From contig NC_086103.1 of the NCBI RefSeq assembly GCF_963921235.1, positions 76,074,001 to 76,138,000 on the forward strand: 64,000 nt of DNA, in the 5' to 3' direction. The stretch's first letter is position 1, and every line of letters starts with the position of its first letter. Below, in pieces: positions 10,318-24,335 of the stretch. The stretch is from Mobula hypostoma (lineage: Eukaryota). The translations under genes and the position numbers were made by a program. Under the pieces are notes generated by a model, which was not told where the DNA came from, did no database searches, and worked only from the letters and a program-made list of their open reading frames with translations.

Positions 10318-13262
10318 TGTTTCTACCTCCACAGATGCTGCCTGGCCAGCTGAGTAACCCCAGCATTCTTTTGTTTTCGTTGCAAAGCTCCCAGTGCCTC
10401 TTATCACCGCACACTCTGAGTCTGTGGCTTACCATACTGTCTTAATAAATAAAGCTAAATGTGACTTTTAAACAGTACCCCATCTTCTGAATGGGCACAA
10501 ATTTATAAGTTTACACTGATATGATGAAAGGTTAGAAGAAGTACATTTGCATACTGTTGGGACTTGGAATGTGCAAGTCACCAGTATGGTGCATTTACAA
10601 GAACTAATTCACAAGTAGTTGAAATAAGTAATTTGATGGTGGAAGTTTAAAACAAAGGGTGGAAATAAGATCAAAGCCACAGCTGACCACAACTAATTTT
10701 ACATTTTCTAACGTGATTGTGCAGGAAATTTATAGTAAAGGGAACAGGTTCAACTGATGTGATTCCAAGCCTTCCATATCCCCATCTCTGTGGCTGTAGC
10801 CAGTTGAGATTGCAGTGTGAGATTCCCTGTAGGCATCTGATTCTGATAGGTTATCATGTTATTTACTTTCCTTTTTACGGCCTCGCTGCATCCAAATGTC
10901 AGTAACCTAATAAAGTCCCAAGTTTGTCATGGCTTGATTCTCTGCATCTATTTGATTGGGAGTACTAAGAGTTTAAGTCAAAGACTCATAAGCAAGATGT
11001 GGGGATGGAATTTAACATAGAAGCAAAACATGATATTGTCAGCACCTGCTACTGTAATTATTATAATGATTCTTTAATTCACTGTTGAATTCAAAATGTA
11101 GTACATTCTTTCAAGACTTAGCAGTTAAAACATGCAAAACTCTGGGACTGATTTATTTGTGATAAGTATTGGTCATTGTCAAGTAACCAATTCTTTGTGA
11201 ATATGTAGTTGAATTTTCTGCAGGTTAATTATTTACACTGATTTGCGGGACATGGACAGTGCTATCATGCCCAGCATTTGTGGCCTTTCTTTACTTGCCC
11301 TTGAGAAGATGTTGGAGAGCTACCCTCTGTCAGGAAATGTAGAGGAGGGTTGACCCAAAAGCAGAGCAGTGGAGGCGATTCAGCAATGAACAATAACTTT
11401 GGTAACATACTGCAAAATAACAAGCCACCAAGAGTCAGAAAACAAGAGAACAAATGCTAAACACCAAAGACAACAAGGTAACTGAAGACTGGGAGCAACT
11501 GGTTGAGGCTGGCTGGTCCGATGGGAGAACAAGGACTGTGGATGAGAGCTGGGTTTAAATAGGCTCCAGGTGATGAGTTGGAAATGAGTGGCAGGTGACT
11601 CCTGCTAGGTGGGTGGAGACTGGGAGGTGCCTGACAGAACCCCCTCTCCTATGGTTGGCATCTGACGACCTAGGGTGATCCAGATTGGTCCAGTGGAACT
11701 GCTCAATGAGCAATGGAATCAAGATGAAACTGTACTGCACCCAAGAGCTCTCCTCTGGGCCGTACCATTCCCATTCAGCCAACTACTGCACACGCCATCG
11801 GCGATGACGTTAATCCATGAACTGTGTACACATGACCACCTTCCACCACCCCGGGGGTCAGAGGTGCAGGCTCAGACAGCTTGATGCAGGACACGTGGAA
11901 GGTGTGCAACATGTCTTGGAAGATCTTGTGAATGAAGGCTTGGAAAATGGCTGGTCTGTTGGAAAGTCAGAAAGGCATCATTCAGTATCTGTAGTGGTCA
12001 GTGGGTGTTATGAGTGGTGTGGTCCACTCATCCCCTGGCAGATGTGGATCAGGTTGTATGTGCTCCATAGATCTGGTTTAGTGAAGATCTGGGCCCTGCA
12101 GAGTGTTTCAAATGTGTTATCTATCAAAGAGAGAGAGCCGCTGTTCTTAATGGTGATTTTGTTAAATCTACAGTAATCAATGCAGGGATAGATAACCCCT
12201 TCTTTCTTTTGGACAAGGAAGAGTCCTGTACGAGCTGGGGACTGGAATGGTTGAATGAAGCCATGCTATTGTGCTTTGGGAGTGTAGTCTTTCATGGTCT
12301 GGGTCTCAGGAGGGGAGAGGAAGAATAGATGATCTCGAGGAGGGGGGACGGCCGGAAGGAGGTCGATCGTGCAGTTGTGTGGTCCATGAGGCGTCAGGTG
12401 CTGCTTCCGTTTTACTGAAGGCAAGGCTGATTCATGATATTCCTGGGGGAGTTTGGTACGGTCGAGGGTTTTCTCTGTCTCCATGGATTTACGGAGTTAT
12501 CTGAGCTGAGGTTGCAAGCAGGTGGACCTGCAACTCAGCAGTGAACTGGATGACTAGGGAAGTGAAGGTCGAGAGTGGAGAGCCAGGGGTAACCCAAGTT
12601 AAGGGCATTGCTGGGATCCACCGGAGCCTTCTGGGCGTGAAGAGCTGTCGGTGTGTGGAGGAGGACAGAGAGTGTGAGTCGGACTATGGTGCTGGAATGA
12701 GAGATCGGAGGGAACTTATCAGATACCAGCCCCCTCGTCTCTACCTGGTTGTGTGATTTCACAGAAACAGTGGGCACTTGATTTGTGGGTAATCAGCACT
12801 TTTGCAGTACACACACAAGTTGTTCTCCACCGACGCTCACGCTTTTGGGTATTAAGGGAGTTCTCCCTCACTGCGAGGGTTTTAGAGGCATTGCCGATGA
12901 GGGTCCTGCAGCCTGAAATGGTTTTGAGAATGGAACCTCGGGTTCTGGCTGGTGATGTAGAGGGCTGTTTCATACAGTAAGACGCTTGTCAATACGGAGG
13001 GCCAGTGATGAGGCTCTTGAGGTCAATGGGCATTTCCCAGGTAGATAACTCGTCTTTCAAGCGCTCTGAGAGGTTGTGATGGTAATGGGTCAGCAGTGCA
13101 TCGGCATTCCAGCCACACTCTGCTACAAGGGTCCTGAATTTTATGGTGTCGTCCAGCACTGAGCCTGAGCCTTAACACAGGCCAAGTATCTTGATTCACT
13201 GCCTCCCTTCCACTTTCTGGATGGTTGAAAACGTGCACATCTCAGCAGTAAATTCCTCATTA

Positions 13263-15239
13263 CATTGGACAGCAAATGTTTTCAAAAGTGTGGCTTCCTC
13301 AGAAATTTTTTTTGTGATTATGATAGACTGCTTGATGCTGAACACAAATATAATTTCAGTCTAGAAACAAGAAATTAACTTTTATTGAATATAATGTGTT
13401 TAATTGCATAATGATGCTGATGTTTTGCCATAGTTCAACTGATGTTTTGTTGATAATTTTCATTTGTACTCAGTGTCTGAGGCTTCTGGCTTGTATCCAA
13501 CAATAATCAGCCAGCACTAATGGATTCCAGTTGCCCTAATAATGTTTCTCCATGATTGCAATGTCCTGGTGAAACCTTTCATCATGTTTGTCACACACAG
13601 TGCCAAGATTTGCAGTGATGAAGTCTAAATGGAAATGCAGAAAATGTATCTTTAGAGACAGTTGAACTTCATGGTTTTGTATGCTTGAAGCATGTTGTCA
13701 ACCATCTGCACGTAGATTGGTGCTTTTTCAACAACATCCTTGAATGCCTTCCATGCAATTTTCTCCAGTCCTACTAGAAGTTCTTAAAATTGTCTGTCAT
13801 TGATGACCTGTTTGATTTGTGAACCAAAATAAAAATGCCTTCCTCAATCTTGGCATCAGTTATTCTGGGAAACGGCTGTTTCAAATATTGAAATCCTTCA
13901 TGGAAATTTTTGTGCCTGGTGACAGCAGATTCCATCCTTGCAGTCTTGAATCCAGTAATTCTGCTTTTACCTTTGACAAACACAAGTCTCTGACCAGGTC
14001 ATTTAACTCAGATTGAGTTATCAGATGAGGCTCACTTAACATAAAGGATTCAAAATCTGCATCAGTATCAGTGCTATTTTCCATACCTGGCTCGTGCATC
14101 GTAGCATCTTCGTCTGCCTCCTCTAGACTCCATGTCTCTGGTGGCTTTGGGACTGGAAAATTATCGTCTTCAGCACAGATCTCATGGCTGAAGGGAGATT
14201 GGGGTATTCTTGTTTTTAGCAGAGAAACCAGACAGACAGAAGTAGCAGTTTGTCACATGTTCCTTCTGCTCTCACCATATCATTGGGACAGTGAACAGCA
14301 TTGATTTCCGAGTACACCTGAGCCAAGCGCATGTGGTGGAACAGATGTGAGGAGCCCAGGCTTTGTCTTGGTCACCAATTTTACACCCGAAGTAGAGCTC
14401 ATAGGCTTTCTTAACAAGAGAAGTCATGCTTTGTCTTTGAGATTAAAGCGTATACTCGCCACAAATATAACAGAAAGTATTGTGGCTGTTGCAACAATGA
14501 CGACACATTTTGCTATTCACAATTACTCCTGAAAATACAGTTACTTGGTTATAATGGGTACACACAATATGCTGTGCATGTGAAGCATGCACATCAACAC
14601 AATTGCAAACTGATGTGATTTCTCAAACTTCTAGTAATTGCCTCCTTCTCCATTCCCCATTCCCCATTCCCCATTCCCCATTCCCATTTCCCTCTCTCAC
14701 CTTATCTCCTTACCTCCCTATCACCTCCCTCTGGTGCTCCTCCCCCTCCCTTTCTTCCATGGTCTTCTGTCCTCTCCTGCGAGAATCCCCCTTCTCCAGC
14801 CCTTTATCTCTTTCACCAATAGATCTCCCAGCTCTTTATTTCACTCCTCCCCCCTCCCAGTTTCACCTATCACCTCCTATCTTGTTCTTCTTCCTCCTCT
14901 CACCCCACCTTCTTCCTCTGACTTCTTATCTCTTTTTTTCCAGTCCTGATAAATTGCCCGAAACATCGACTGTACTCTTTTCCATAGATGCTGCCTGGCC
15001 TGCTGAGATCCTCCAGCATTTTGTGTGTATTACTTGATTTCCAGCATCTGCAGATTTTCTCTTGATTGTGATTCAACATTTTATTTGACATAAATGATCA
15101 ATTGAAACAACAAATATAGGCAATTTTTTAAAAATGTTGCATGATAGGGAAATATCATGGTGATTTTCATGTCAGCAACCCAAAATTCATATGATACACC
15201 CCAAGAGTATTCAGGAAGCAAAGTCTTTGTTGTCCAGTG
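13263..15239 (-). mobile_element. Chapaev3-like (CMC) DNA transposon, internally deleted
   Basis: TIRs cattggacagcaaa / tttgttgtccagtg (CAC..GTG-type ends); minus strand encodes N-terminal MCRHCCNSHNTFCYICGEY...AYELYFGCKIGDQDKAWAPHIC and C-terminal SLKIHFLHFHLDF...ERFHQDI. Confidence 0.75.
14621..15073 (+). mobile_element. Penelope-like 3' fragment nested in Chapaev3, with (ccccatt)n microsatellite and a deleted hammerhead core at 14941-14972
   Basis: Colinear with 9030-9456; tgtgatt at 14614-14620 and 15067-15073. Confidence 0.8.
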
Positions 15240-15499
15240 TAATTATTGCAAATGGTGGTTTTATTGTCCCAGGTCAGAGCTTTCCCACTCAAGAGAGAGA
15301 TGACAAAGGCAATCATAGTTTGGTCGGTAGAATACAGAGATGGCTGTAGCTCAAAGTGTAAGACACACTGGGACAGGAAATTGCAGCGTCACATTGGGAT
15401 GCGTCGAAGCATTTGGGCGCCTGCATCTGGTGCTCCAAGGGAGGAAGTTGACTGGTGCGGGGATGCTGCAACAAGACAGAGAGTTGGGTGAGAGTGGTG

Positions 15500-16605
15500 A
15501 GCCGAACTGGCTGAGGCTGACATGTAAGGAAATCAAGGATCCAATTGCACAACGAGATATTGAGGCCAAGGTCTAAAAGCTTATTGATTAGTTCTGGGGG
15601 GATGATGGCATTGAATGCTGAGCTGTAGTCGATAAAGATTATCCTTGCTCTTGTCGTCATTGTGTAAGAGCCCATTGTTATGGCAGTACTCAGCCAAATT
15701 TTCAGTCTCCCTCCTATATGCTGATTCATCACCACTTTCGACAGTGATGTTGTCAACAAACTTGAAGTTCAAAAGAAATGTTATTATCGAAGTACGTATA
15801 TATGAACGTATACAACCCTGGGATTCATTTTCTTGTGGGTATACTTAACAAATATACAGAATAATAACTATAATATTGTTAAAGAAAGACTGACAACTAG
15901 GACCTTCAACCAGAGCACAAAATGTGCAAAAGAGGAAACAATAATAATAAATAAATAAACAATAAATATTGAGAACATGAGATGAAGAGTCCTTGAAAGT
16001 GAGGCCATTGATTGTGGGAACTTTTCAATGATGGGGCAAGTGAAGTTGAGTGAAGTTATCCTCTTAGGTTCAAGAGCCCGATGGCTGAGAGGTAGTAACT
16101 GTTCCTCAACCTGATGGTGCAAGTCCTGAGGCTCTTGTTACTTCTTCCTGATAGCAGTAGCAAGAAGAGAGCAAGTCGTGGGAGTTGGGGGTCCCTGATG
16201 ATGGATGCTGCTTTCCTGCAGCAGCGTTTCATGTAGATGTGCTCAGTGATTGGAAGGGCTTTACCAGTGAGTGATTGAGCAGTATCCACTACATTTTGTA
16301 GGATTTTTCATTCAAGGGCACTGGTGTTTCCATACCAGGCTGTGATATAGCCAGTCAATATTTTCTCCACTGCACATCACTAGAAATTTGTCAAAGTTTT
16401 AGATGTCATGCTGAATCTCCACAAACACTCAAGGAAGTAGCAGCGCTGCTGTGCTTTCTTCATAATGCAACTTATGTGTTTGGCCCCAGGATAGTCCTCC
16501 AGAATAATATCACTCTGGAATTTAAAGTTGCGGATCCTCTCCACCTCTGTTTCTCCAATGAGCACTGGCTCATGGACCTCTGGTTCCCTCCTCCTGAAGC
16601 CAAGA
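15500..16605 (-). mobile_element. Rex1/Babar-like LINE fragments
   Basis: [10 protein letters not shown]...[11 protein letters not shown]; [11 protein letters not shown]; LLLSGRSNKSLRT...LRNSYYLSAIGLLN. Confidence 0.78.
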
Positions 16606-17499
16606 GGAGGTTAAAGTTCTTGTTGGAGGTTAAAGTTCTTGCTGTTAAAATAAATACCTTTATATATAAAATTCAGTGCAATCACATGTTGTCACTGGGC
16701 ATAAAATTGCACAGCACAAGATTTTTGCACACAAATTAGAGGGAACTTTGATTGTTGGCTGAAGGGCATTTACTGTGCTGTAGTGCTTTATCATCTGACA
16801 AGTAACATTGCCATATCCCTTAAAATATACTGCAGGGATAGTGCGGCAAGAAGTTATATAATAAACTGCTCTTCACCCCAAATCACTTAATTCGAATTAC
16901 ACCATGTGTCAAATTATGATTAAATTCACACTTTGCATCGGCCTTGCTTGCATAGTGGGGGGTGGGGGGAGTGGGAGTTCACTGCTTCTGTTGGTGCAAG
17001 TGGAGGCTGGGAGGAAGCTTTGGGGTTCTGATGTTCCTGTCAGTCATTCTTTAGGGTTTCTTGTTTCATGCATGTCTGTGAAGGGTAAGAATTTCAGGTG
17101 GTTCTACTATATACATTCTCTGATGTTCATCCAGTGGTGTACTCACTGCATCTACGCCTAGGACTAGCTGTTATCCTCCTACCTCAATTAATATCAGTAA
17201 AATCTTTATTTAATTGCCAACCACAAAGAATCTGGAGCACCTACAATAGGAAGCATGGTGGAATAAAATTTTAATGTAGACAGAGAACATCAGCGTGGAC
17301 TTCAAAACAGTAACTGATGGTTGGGATCCTATCAGAAATTAATTGTACCTTGGATGACAACATTTCAGAGAATGTTTGGGAAAGCATTACACCTAATGAC
17401 TTTGCAGATTGAGTGATGACTAGTGACAAATAGCTTTTTGTATTGAAAATTGATTTTCATAATCATTTCCCGAGAGAGAACAAACTGTGGTATTTGGCA

Positions 17500-17695
17500 G
17501 ATGCAAGAGACTGCAGATGCTGCAATATGCTGGAGGAACTCAGGAACTTAAGTAGGGTCTGTGAGAGGAAAGGAATGGTCTCAGTGCAGGGGTTTGAACA
17601 GAAACATTGACAGTTCCTTCCACCATCTCCCTTCCATGAACCCACAAATGCTGCTGAACCCACAATGAGTTCTTCCATCAGTTTGTTTTATGCTC
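17500..17695. mobile_element. Short inverted pair of Penelope-like termini
   Basis: ctgcagatgct...atgctggaggaactcag on the left and gaaacattgac...aatgctgctgaaccc...gagttcttccatcagtttg on the right. Confidence 0.5.
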
Positions 17696-17934
17696 TGTGG
17701 CAGATTATTGATCAGCAGTCAGTGACTGCTTTTCTGCTGCTTGCATTATTCATAAACCATTTGAAAATAGATCTTACTAGTAATAATTCTTCATAAAGTG
17801 AGTGCCTCCACAATCTTCATAAAGCGATATTTTCTCCAACAATCAGGAATAATGGAGGTGAGCCAATAGATAATTCATTCCAGAGAAAAATCCATGTATA
17901 TACTGTAGGTAAATCTCTATTGAAAACATCTATT

Positions 17935-19870
17935 GATTGGATAAGAACACTGGCAGGGATGATGGCAGAGCAGCAATGGCTGAAATTTCTGGAAGCAATT
18001 TGGAAAGTACAGGAGCTGTACATCTCAAAGAGGAAGATGTATTTTAAAGGAAATATATTCACAAACGTGACTAACAAGAGAAGTCAAAACCAACATAAAA
18101 GCCAAAGAGACGGCATATAATAGAGAAAAAATTAGTGGGAAGTTAGAGGATTGGGAAGCACTTTAAAACCAACAGAAGGCAACTAAAAAAGTAAGTAAGA
18201 AGGTAAAGATGAAATATGGAAGTAAGCAATCCAGTAATATTAACAAGGATAACAAAAGTTTTCTCCGATACACAAAGTGTAAAAATGAGGTGAGAGTGGA
18301 TAACGGACTGTTGGAAAATGATGTTGGACAGGGTGTAATGGAGGACAATGAAATAGCTGATGAACTGAATAAGAGGTAGCTGAAGGGATTATGGAGGCAT
18401 TAGTAATGATCTTTCAAGAATCACTAGATTCTCGAATGGTTCTGGAAGACTGGAAAATATCAAATGTCATTCCACTCTTCAAGAAGGGAGAGAAGCAAAA
18501 GATAGGAAACTATAGGCTAGTGATTGGGAAGATGTTGGAGTTGACTATTAAGGATGAGATCTCAGGGTACTAGGAGGCACATGGTAAAAGAGGCCGTAGA
18601 CAGCATGGCTTTCTCAAGGGAAAATCTTGCCCGACAAATTTGTTGGAATTCTTTGAAGAAATAACAAGCAGAACAGACAAAGGAGAATCAGTTGATATTG
18701 TGTACTTGGATTTTCAGAAGGCTTTTGACAAGGTGCCACACACGAGGCTGCTTAACAAGCTACAAGCTCATGGTATTACAGGAAAGATTAAATGAGAAGA
18801 TGGTGGCACGACGCAGCACGCAGTGGCCACGCCAGAATGAATATCTGTTATTTGTTAAGTAGGATGCCTGCACAATCCTGATTTGATGGAGACAGACGTG
18901 AGAAGCACGGAGGAACATCTGGTGAAACTTCTGAAATGACTGTTTTGCTGCCACTGCTACTGTGCGATCCAAAATCTCCGGAGGGGAAGGCCCCAAATCC
19001 TCGGCTTTGCCTGTTGCTTGGCAGCCGGGGTCGGGGTTGAAGCGCTCGGCAGAGATGGTGCTCGGTGTCGGAAGGCTAGTTGGAGGCTCGAAGTTTTCGG
19101 ACGAACTCAGAGTCAGCTGTGGTCGGGTGCTTCCAGGATGCTGCATCGGCAAGTTTGCGGCGCTGGAGGTTCATGGCAGGGAGAGTTTTTCTTCCTTCTA
19201 CCGTCTGCGTGAGATGATGGGGCTGTTGGGACTTTGAGACTTTTTTTCACCATGCCCATGGTCTGCTCTTTATCAAATTGCAGTATTGCTATGCACTGTT
19301 ATAACTATATGTTATAATTATGTGTTTTTTGTCAGTTTTAGTCTTGGTCTGTCTTGTGTTTCTGTGATATCATACTGGAGGATCATTGTATCATTTCTTA
19401 ATGCATGCATTACTAAATGACAATAAACGAGGACTGAGTGTCCTCATAATCTAATCTAATCTATTCTAAGATTCTAGCATGGATAAAGCAGTGGCTGATT
19501 GGCAGGAGGCAAAGAGTGGGAATAAAGGGAGCCTTTTTCTGGCTGGCTGCCATTGACTATTGGTGTTCCACAAGGGATCTGTGTTGGGACCGATTCTTTT
19601 TACATTATATGTGAATGATTTGGATAATGGAGTTGATGGTTTTGTTGCAAAGCTTGCAGGTGATATGAAGACAGATGGAGGGGCAAGGAGAGAGACTACA
19701 GAGGGACTAGGCAGATTAGGAAATGGGCAAGGAAATGGCAGATGGAATACAGTGTTCGGAAGTATATGGTCATGCACTTTGGCAGAGGAAATGAAAGGGT
19801 TGACGACTTTCTAAGTGGAGAGAAAATACAAAAAACAGAGGTGTAAAGGGACTTAGGAGTCCTTGTGCAG
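17935..19870 (+). mobile_element. CR1 LINE ORF2 fragment
   Basis: EDWKISNVIPLFKKG..GNYR; VYLDFQKAFDKVPH; GSVLGPILFTLYVNDL; split by the 18790-19467 insert. Confidence 0.88.
18790..19467 (+). mobile_element. Non-coding ~675-bp retroposon, family A copy 1
   Basis: Begins near GAGAAGATGG; ends AATAAA, hairpin gaggac-tgagt-gtcctc, (taatc)n; TSD aagatt (18784-18789 / 19468-19473); colinear with 60700-61373. Confidence 0.85.
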
Positions 19871-22800
19871 CCTCATGTGTGCCAACTTATCAAATACCAT
19901 CTGAAAATCCAAATAAATGACATCCACTGCCTCTTCTTTGTCCAGCTTGCTTGTTATTTCATCAAAGAACTCTAACAGGTTTGTCAGGCAAGATTTCCCT
20001 TTACAGAAACTATGCTGACTTTAACTTATCTTATCACTTATTTTATCATTTTATCATTAGTCTTCAAATAGCCAAAAACCCCATCATTAATGATGAACTC
20101 CAACACTTTCCCAACCAGTAAGGTTAGGATAACTGGCCTATAATTTCCCTCCTCCCTTCTTTAAGAGTGGAATGACATTTGCAATTTTACAGTCCTCTGG
20201 AACATGCCAGAATCAAGTAATTGTTCAAAGATTATAACCAAAGCATCTGCTATCTTTTCAGCAACCTCTTTCAGGACTTTGGGATGTAGTCCATCTGGTC
20301 CAGGTGACTTATCCACCTTAAGACCTTTGAATTTACCTAGCACTTTCTCCTTTGTGATAGCAATGGCACTCACTCCTACTCCCTGACACTCATGAACCTC
20401 TGGCACACTGCTAGTGTCTTCCACAGCAAAGGCTAATGCAAAGTACTTATTAAATTCATCTGCCATTTCTTTGTCCCCATTACTACCTCAGCAGCATCAT
20501 ATCCCAGTAGTCCAATATAAACTCTCATCTCCCTTTTACTCTTCATATAACTAAAAAAAAGCTGTTACTGTTCTGCTTTGTATTATTGGCTAGTTTGCCC
20601 TTGTATTTCATCTTTTCCCTTCTTATGACTTTTTAGTTGCCTTTAGCTGGATTTTAAAAACTTCCCATCATTTAACTCCCCACTCCCTTTTGCCACATTA
20701 TATGCCCTTTCCTTGGCTCTTATGCAGTGCTTAACTTCCTTCATCAGCTATAGTTGCCTACCCCTGCCTTTTAATAACTTTTTCTCTGTGGGGCATATCT
20801 ATCCTGCGCCTTGTGAACTATTCCCAGAAACTTCAACCATCTCTACTCTGCCGTCATCCCCACCAGAATCCCCCCCCCCCCCGCCGCCGCAATCCACCTG
20901 GGCAACCTCCTCTCTCATGCCTCTGTAGTTCTCTTAACTTAATTACGATACTGATATATCTGACCTATATTTCTCTCTCTTAAATTGCAGTATGAATGCA
21001 ATCATATTATGATCACTGTCTCCTAAAGGTTCCTTTACCTTAAGCCCCCTAATAAAATCTGGGTTATTACACAACACCCAATCTAAGATCGCCTTTCCCC
21101 AAGTAGGATCAAGAACAAGCTGCTCTAAAAAGTCATCTTGTAGGCATTCAGCAAATTCCCTCTCTTGCAATCCAACACCAACCTAATTTTCCCAATTCCC
21201 ATTCATATTGAAGTCCCCCAATACAATTGTGTCATTACCCTTATTACATGCCCTTTCCTGCTCCCTTTGCAATCTCAACACCATATCTTGGTTACTATTT
21301 GGAGGCCTATATATGATTCCCATAATGGATTTTTAAACTTGCAGTTTCTTAACTCCACCCACAAAGATTCAATATTCTCCGACTCTATGTCACCTCTTTC
21401 TAAAGATGTAATTCTATCTGTTACCAACAGAGCCACACCACCGCCTATGCCTTCCTGCCTGTCTTTTCAATACAAAGTATATCCTTTGATGTAAGTTCCC
21501 AACTTTGACCTTCTTTCAGCCATGACTCAGTGATGCCCACAACATCATACCAACCAATCTCTAATTGTGCTAAGAATTCATCCACCTTATTCCGAATACT
21601 ACATGCATTTAAATACAGCACCTTCAGTCCTGTATTCTTCGCCCTTCTGAATTTTGCCTCTGTGGTACAATTTAACTGTTTGCTCTGTCTGCATTTGTAC
21701 CCAATCATTGGCTTGTCCCTCCTTATGCCGTAAGGATATTGGTCTCCCTCAAATTCAAGTGCAACCCATCCCTTTTGTACAAGTCACTCCTGCCCCAGAA
21801 GAGGTCCCAAAGATCCAGAAATCTGAATCCCTGCCCCCTCTCTAATTCTTCAGCCACGCATTTATCTGCCACTTCATTCTATTCCTATTCTCACTGTCGC
21901 GTGACACAGGCAGCAATCCTGAGGTTACTACCTTTGAGGTCCTGCTTCTCAGCTTCCTTCCTAACTCCCTGTAGTCTGTTTTCAGGACCTCATCCCTTTT
22001 CTACCTGTGTCATTGGTACCAATACGTACCACGACTTCTGGCTGCTCACCCTCCCTTTTTAGGATATTGTGGACGTGTTCAGAAACATTGCGGACCATGG
22101 CACCTGGGAGGCAAACCTAACATCCGTGCTTCTTTTTTGAGTTCACAGAATCATCTACCTGTCCCCCAACAATAGAGTGCCCTATTACTGCTGCCATTCT
22201 CTACAGTTCCCTACCCTTCTGAGCCACAGGGTCAGAGGCACGGTCTCTGTTGCTCCCCCCAACAGCACTCAAAATGGAGTGCTTATTGTCAAGGGGGATG
22301 GGTTCTTGGTTGTTCATTCTCAGACGTTTCCCCTTCCCTCTCCTGACAGTCATCCATTTATCTGTCTCCTGTAGCCTTGGGGTGACTACCTCCCTGCAGC
22401 TCCTGTCTATCACCTCCTCACTTTCTCTAACAAGCTGAAGGTCATTGGGCTGCAGCTTCAGTCCCCTAACACTGTCTCTAAGGAGCTGCATCACACTTCA
22501 CCAGGTGCATCGAGGCTGGAAGTCTCCTGGAAATCCCACATCTGACACCCAGAACAGAACTCTGGCCCTGCAGACATTATCCCTATTCTTTCAAGGGTTA
22601 AATAAGAAAAAGAAGTAAGAAATAAACTTACCTACTTTCCTCACCGAAGCCTGTTGAGCCAAAGTCTTACCACTGTGACTCAGACCACTCCCATGATGAC
22701 CGCTCTGCTAGACAGTACCTCTCTGTTATAGAGACTGAGTTTTTTCAAGCTCCGCTCCAGACATGCACAGGAATACTTCTACTGTGTCTGCACCAATATC

Positions 22801-22880
22801 CAATCAAAAGTTCCCACTGAAAACTGGCTGGTTTTTCAAGCTCCGCTTCGGACCTGCATGGGAACACTTGTCGGATTGCT
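19871..22880 (-). mobile_element. CR1 LINE (5' UTR, ORF1, EN and part of RT; internally deleted)
   Basis: ORF1 (VRESEEVIDRS.REVVTPRLQ..KWMTVRRGKG); EN (LYLNACSIRNK, GITESWL, GDSDHN); KSPGPDGLHPKVLKE. Confidence 0.88.
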
Positions 22881-23109
22881 CCAAGTGTTCTTGAAAATAT
22901 TTGAGTACTAGAATATGTTTTAATAATAATGCAGATTGAACTGTTTTAACCCTTCAATTTTTTGGAGTAATGCCACATTTAGAAGACTGTGTGCAATTTA
23001 AAGGAATGGATTTGAAAAGGAAAGTTGTGGCTGACATTTGTTGTCTATTCCCAGTTATCCTTGGAAAGGTTGGCAATGTTCTCTCTTCTTGACTGCTGTT
23101 AATGTACTA

Positions 23110-24335
23110 AAGGGTGCTTGATCTGAAATGTTAACATAACTTCCCTATCCACAGATGCTACATGGCCTACTGGGGTTTTCCAACAATGTTTTTGTCTCAG
23201 ATTTCCACTATCTGCAGTTTTTTGTCATTATCTCTGACACCATCACCAACTTCATTAACTCCAGGGTTTTCCCATCCTTTGCCACCAACCTCATAGTTCC
23301 CTTACCCTTGCACTGCTCATTTCTTCCTCCTACCCAAGATCAACAAATATAACTGTTTGGGTAGGCCCATTATTTCTGCCTGCTCCTGTCCTGAACTCGT
23401 GGCTACGTACCTCAGTCCATTTAATTACCCTTGCTTCAGTCCCTTCCCATCTACATCCACGACACTTCACATGCTCTCGATCTCCTCAACAACTTTCAAC
23501 TCCATGGCCCTGATCCCCTCATTTTCACCAATGATATCCAGTCCTTACACACCCCTATCCCCATCAAGAAGGTCTTAACGTTCTCTGCTACTTTCTTGAC
23601 AACAGACTCAACCAGTTCCCCTTCACCACCACCTTCCTCTATCTTGCAGAACTGGTCCTCATAACAATTTCTCTTTGGGCTCCTCCCACTTTCTCCAAAC
23701 TGAAGGTGTAGCCATGGGCCTCAGTTATTGTATGCCTGCCTTTTCGTTAGCTACGTGGAACAGTCAATGCTCGGCAACTCTTTCATCTCTATATTGATGA
23801 CTGCATTAGTGCTGCTTCATGCACCTCTGCTGAGCTGTCGATGTCATTAACCTTGCCTCCATCATCCACCCTGCACTTAAATTCGAGGTGCAGGTGCTCC
23901 CAATACTATTGACTTTATATCTCCCCTTTCTTGATCTCTCTGTCTCTATCTCTGGAGACAAACTGTCTACCAATAATTTTTATAAAATCCAATGATTCCC
24001 ATGGCTATCTTATCTATATTCTTCTTACCCTGTCTCTTGTAAAAATGCCATTTCCTTTTCTCAGTTCCTTCATCTCTGCTGCATCTGTTCTCAGGATAAG
24101 GCTTTCCTTTCCAGGACAACATAGATGTCTTCTTCCTTCAAACAGCGGGGTTTCCCTTTCTCCACCTTTTATGTTGACCTCACCCGCACCTGGATGTTTC
24201 CTGGACATCCACGCTCACCCCATCTTTCCGCCGTCTTAACATGGATAGAGTTCCTCTTTTGTCCTCACCTACCACCCCACGAGCCTCCTCATCCTGAGCA
24301 TCACTCTGCAGAATTTCTGCCGTTTTCAACAGGAC
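23110..24335 (+). mobile_element. Decayed Penelope-like RT region preceded by a PLE terminus
   Basis: GRPIISACSCP, DTSHALDLLNNF, DIQSLHT.IP, GVAMG and YIDD motifs. Confidence 0.82.

Larger units (their letters stand above)
11328..15495 (-). mobile_element. Gypsy (Sushi/chromovirus-like) LTR retrotransposon remnant; 3' LTR 11328-11636, interrupted by Chapaev3
   Basis: LTR tgtcagg...cctgaca with adjacent PPT (gaaccccctctcc on +); chromodomain WEWYGPEESSWV; RT-region IDLLP...FFLSPPE; gag homology resumes at 15240 and matches 56960-57160. Confidence 0.85.

Noticed and set aside
22733-22869. ~45-bp imperfect direct repeat
   Set aside because: Lies at the CR1 5' end, where UTR repeats are common; no independent significance
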